DNA of 64,000 nt from Botryllus schlosseri (lineage: Eukaryota): positions 6,698,001 to 6,762,000 of the forward strand of contig CM119371.1 in the NCBI GenBank assembly GCA_051294905.1, written 5' to 3'. Below are positions 63,904-64,000 of this stretch, piece after piece. A program made the position numbers and the translations under genes. The notes beneath the pieces were generated by a model. It made no database searches and was not told the DNA's origin. It worked only from the letters and a program-made list of their open reading frames with translations. Every line of letters begins with the position of its first letter. Positions within the stretch are counted from its first letter, which is position 1.

Positions 63904-64000
63904 ATATACACCACAGGTTGCCCAAGCCTGACCATCGCACCGGAAGATGTGGTAGATAACGAGATGCCGATAGTCGTCTCTCGTCGCCTAATTGAAATAG

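Larger units (their letters stand above)
1340..64000 (-). repeat. Tandem segmental duplication array (Kelch gene + decayed ORF cassette); units approx. 1340-11150, 11150-22146, 28612-36945 (Kelch-less upstream remnant), 36945-46270, 55870->64000
   Basis: Same ordered blocks recur, e.g. gaggcaaagtgaagatgtcaaac-like (1451, 11173, 57070); gagattgtcatgcaaacttctttt-like (7022, 17882, 40212, 62690); Kelch upstream catttcgtttg..gtagattttgc (10831, 21981, 28683, 45781). Boundaries approximate. Confidence 0.85.
58964..64000 (-). pseudogene. Paralogous decayed glycoprotein-like ORF, unit 4 (most complete 3' part; 5' end beyond window)
   Basis: Frame of ~165 codons with only a few TGA stops at 59460-58964 (KVEVEFAVFENYRIMYVDLKISHKYTLVTWKLTYADCAESWICVATS..DSNVSCDS..GNKTMTDVDKFCPDTTLMFCAIRKETELCGRL); frame 60960-60710 (VLEIPLRSKHPCMPLC). 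Confidence 0.45.

Overview
AT-rich eukaryotic (animal, probably marine invertebrate; taxon cannot be established) DNA built as a head-to-tail tandem array of a ~9-10 kb core unit inflated by transposons. Each unit, read on the minus strand, has an intact intron-less BTB-BACK-Kelch (KLHL-like) gene (three complete copies: 9036-10646, 20212-21840, 43960-45594). It is followed by a decayed, collinear multi-ORF cassette: a signal-peptide, Cys/N-glycan-rich glycoprotein-like frame with a stop-disrupted R-x-K-R motif, then two further unidentified ORF remnants. One more unit has lost its Kelch CDS, and the last unit runs off the window end. Inserted elements are a young Gypsy (Mag-like) LTR retrotransposon, a near full-length CR1/L2-group LINE, a 3.9-kb MULE-like foldback element, a 2.5-kb palindromic hAT derivative, P-element/THAP and Chapaev3 relics, and many nested hAT MITEs with clear target-site duplications (TSDs). 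Best leads: the unidentified decayed cassette (possible ancient endogenous virus/env) co-amplified with Kelch paralogs whose propeller loops look hypervariable. All calls were made by eye; no searches were run.
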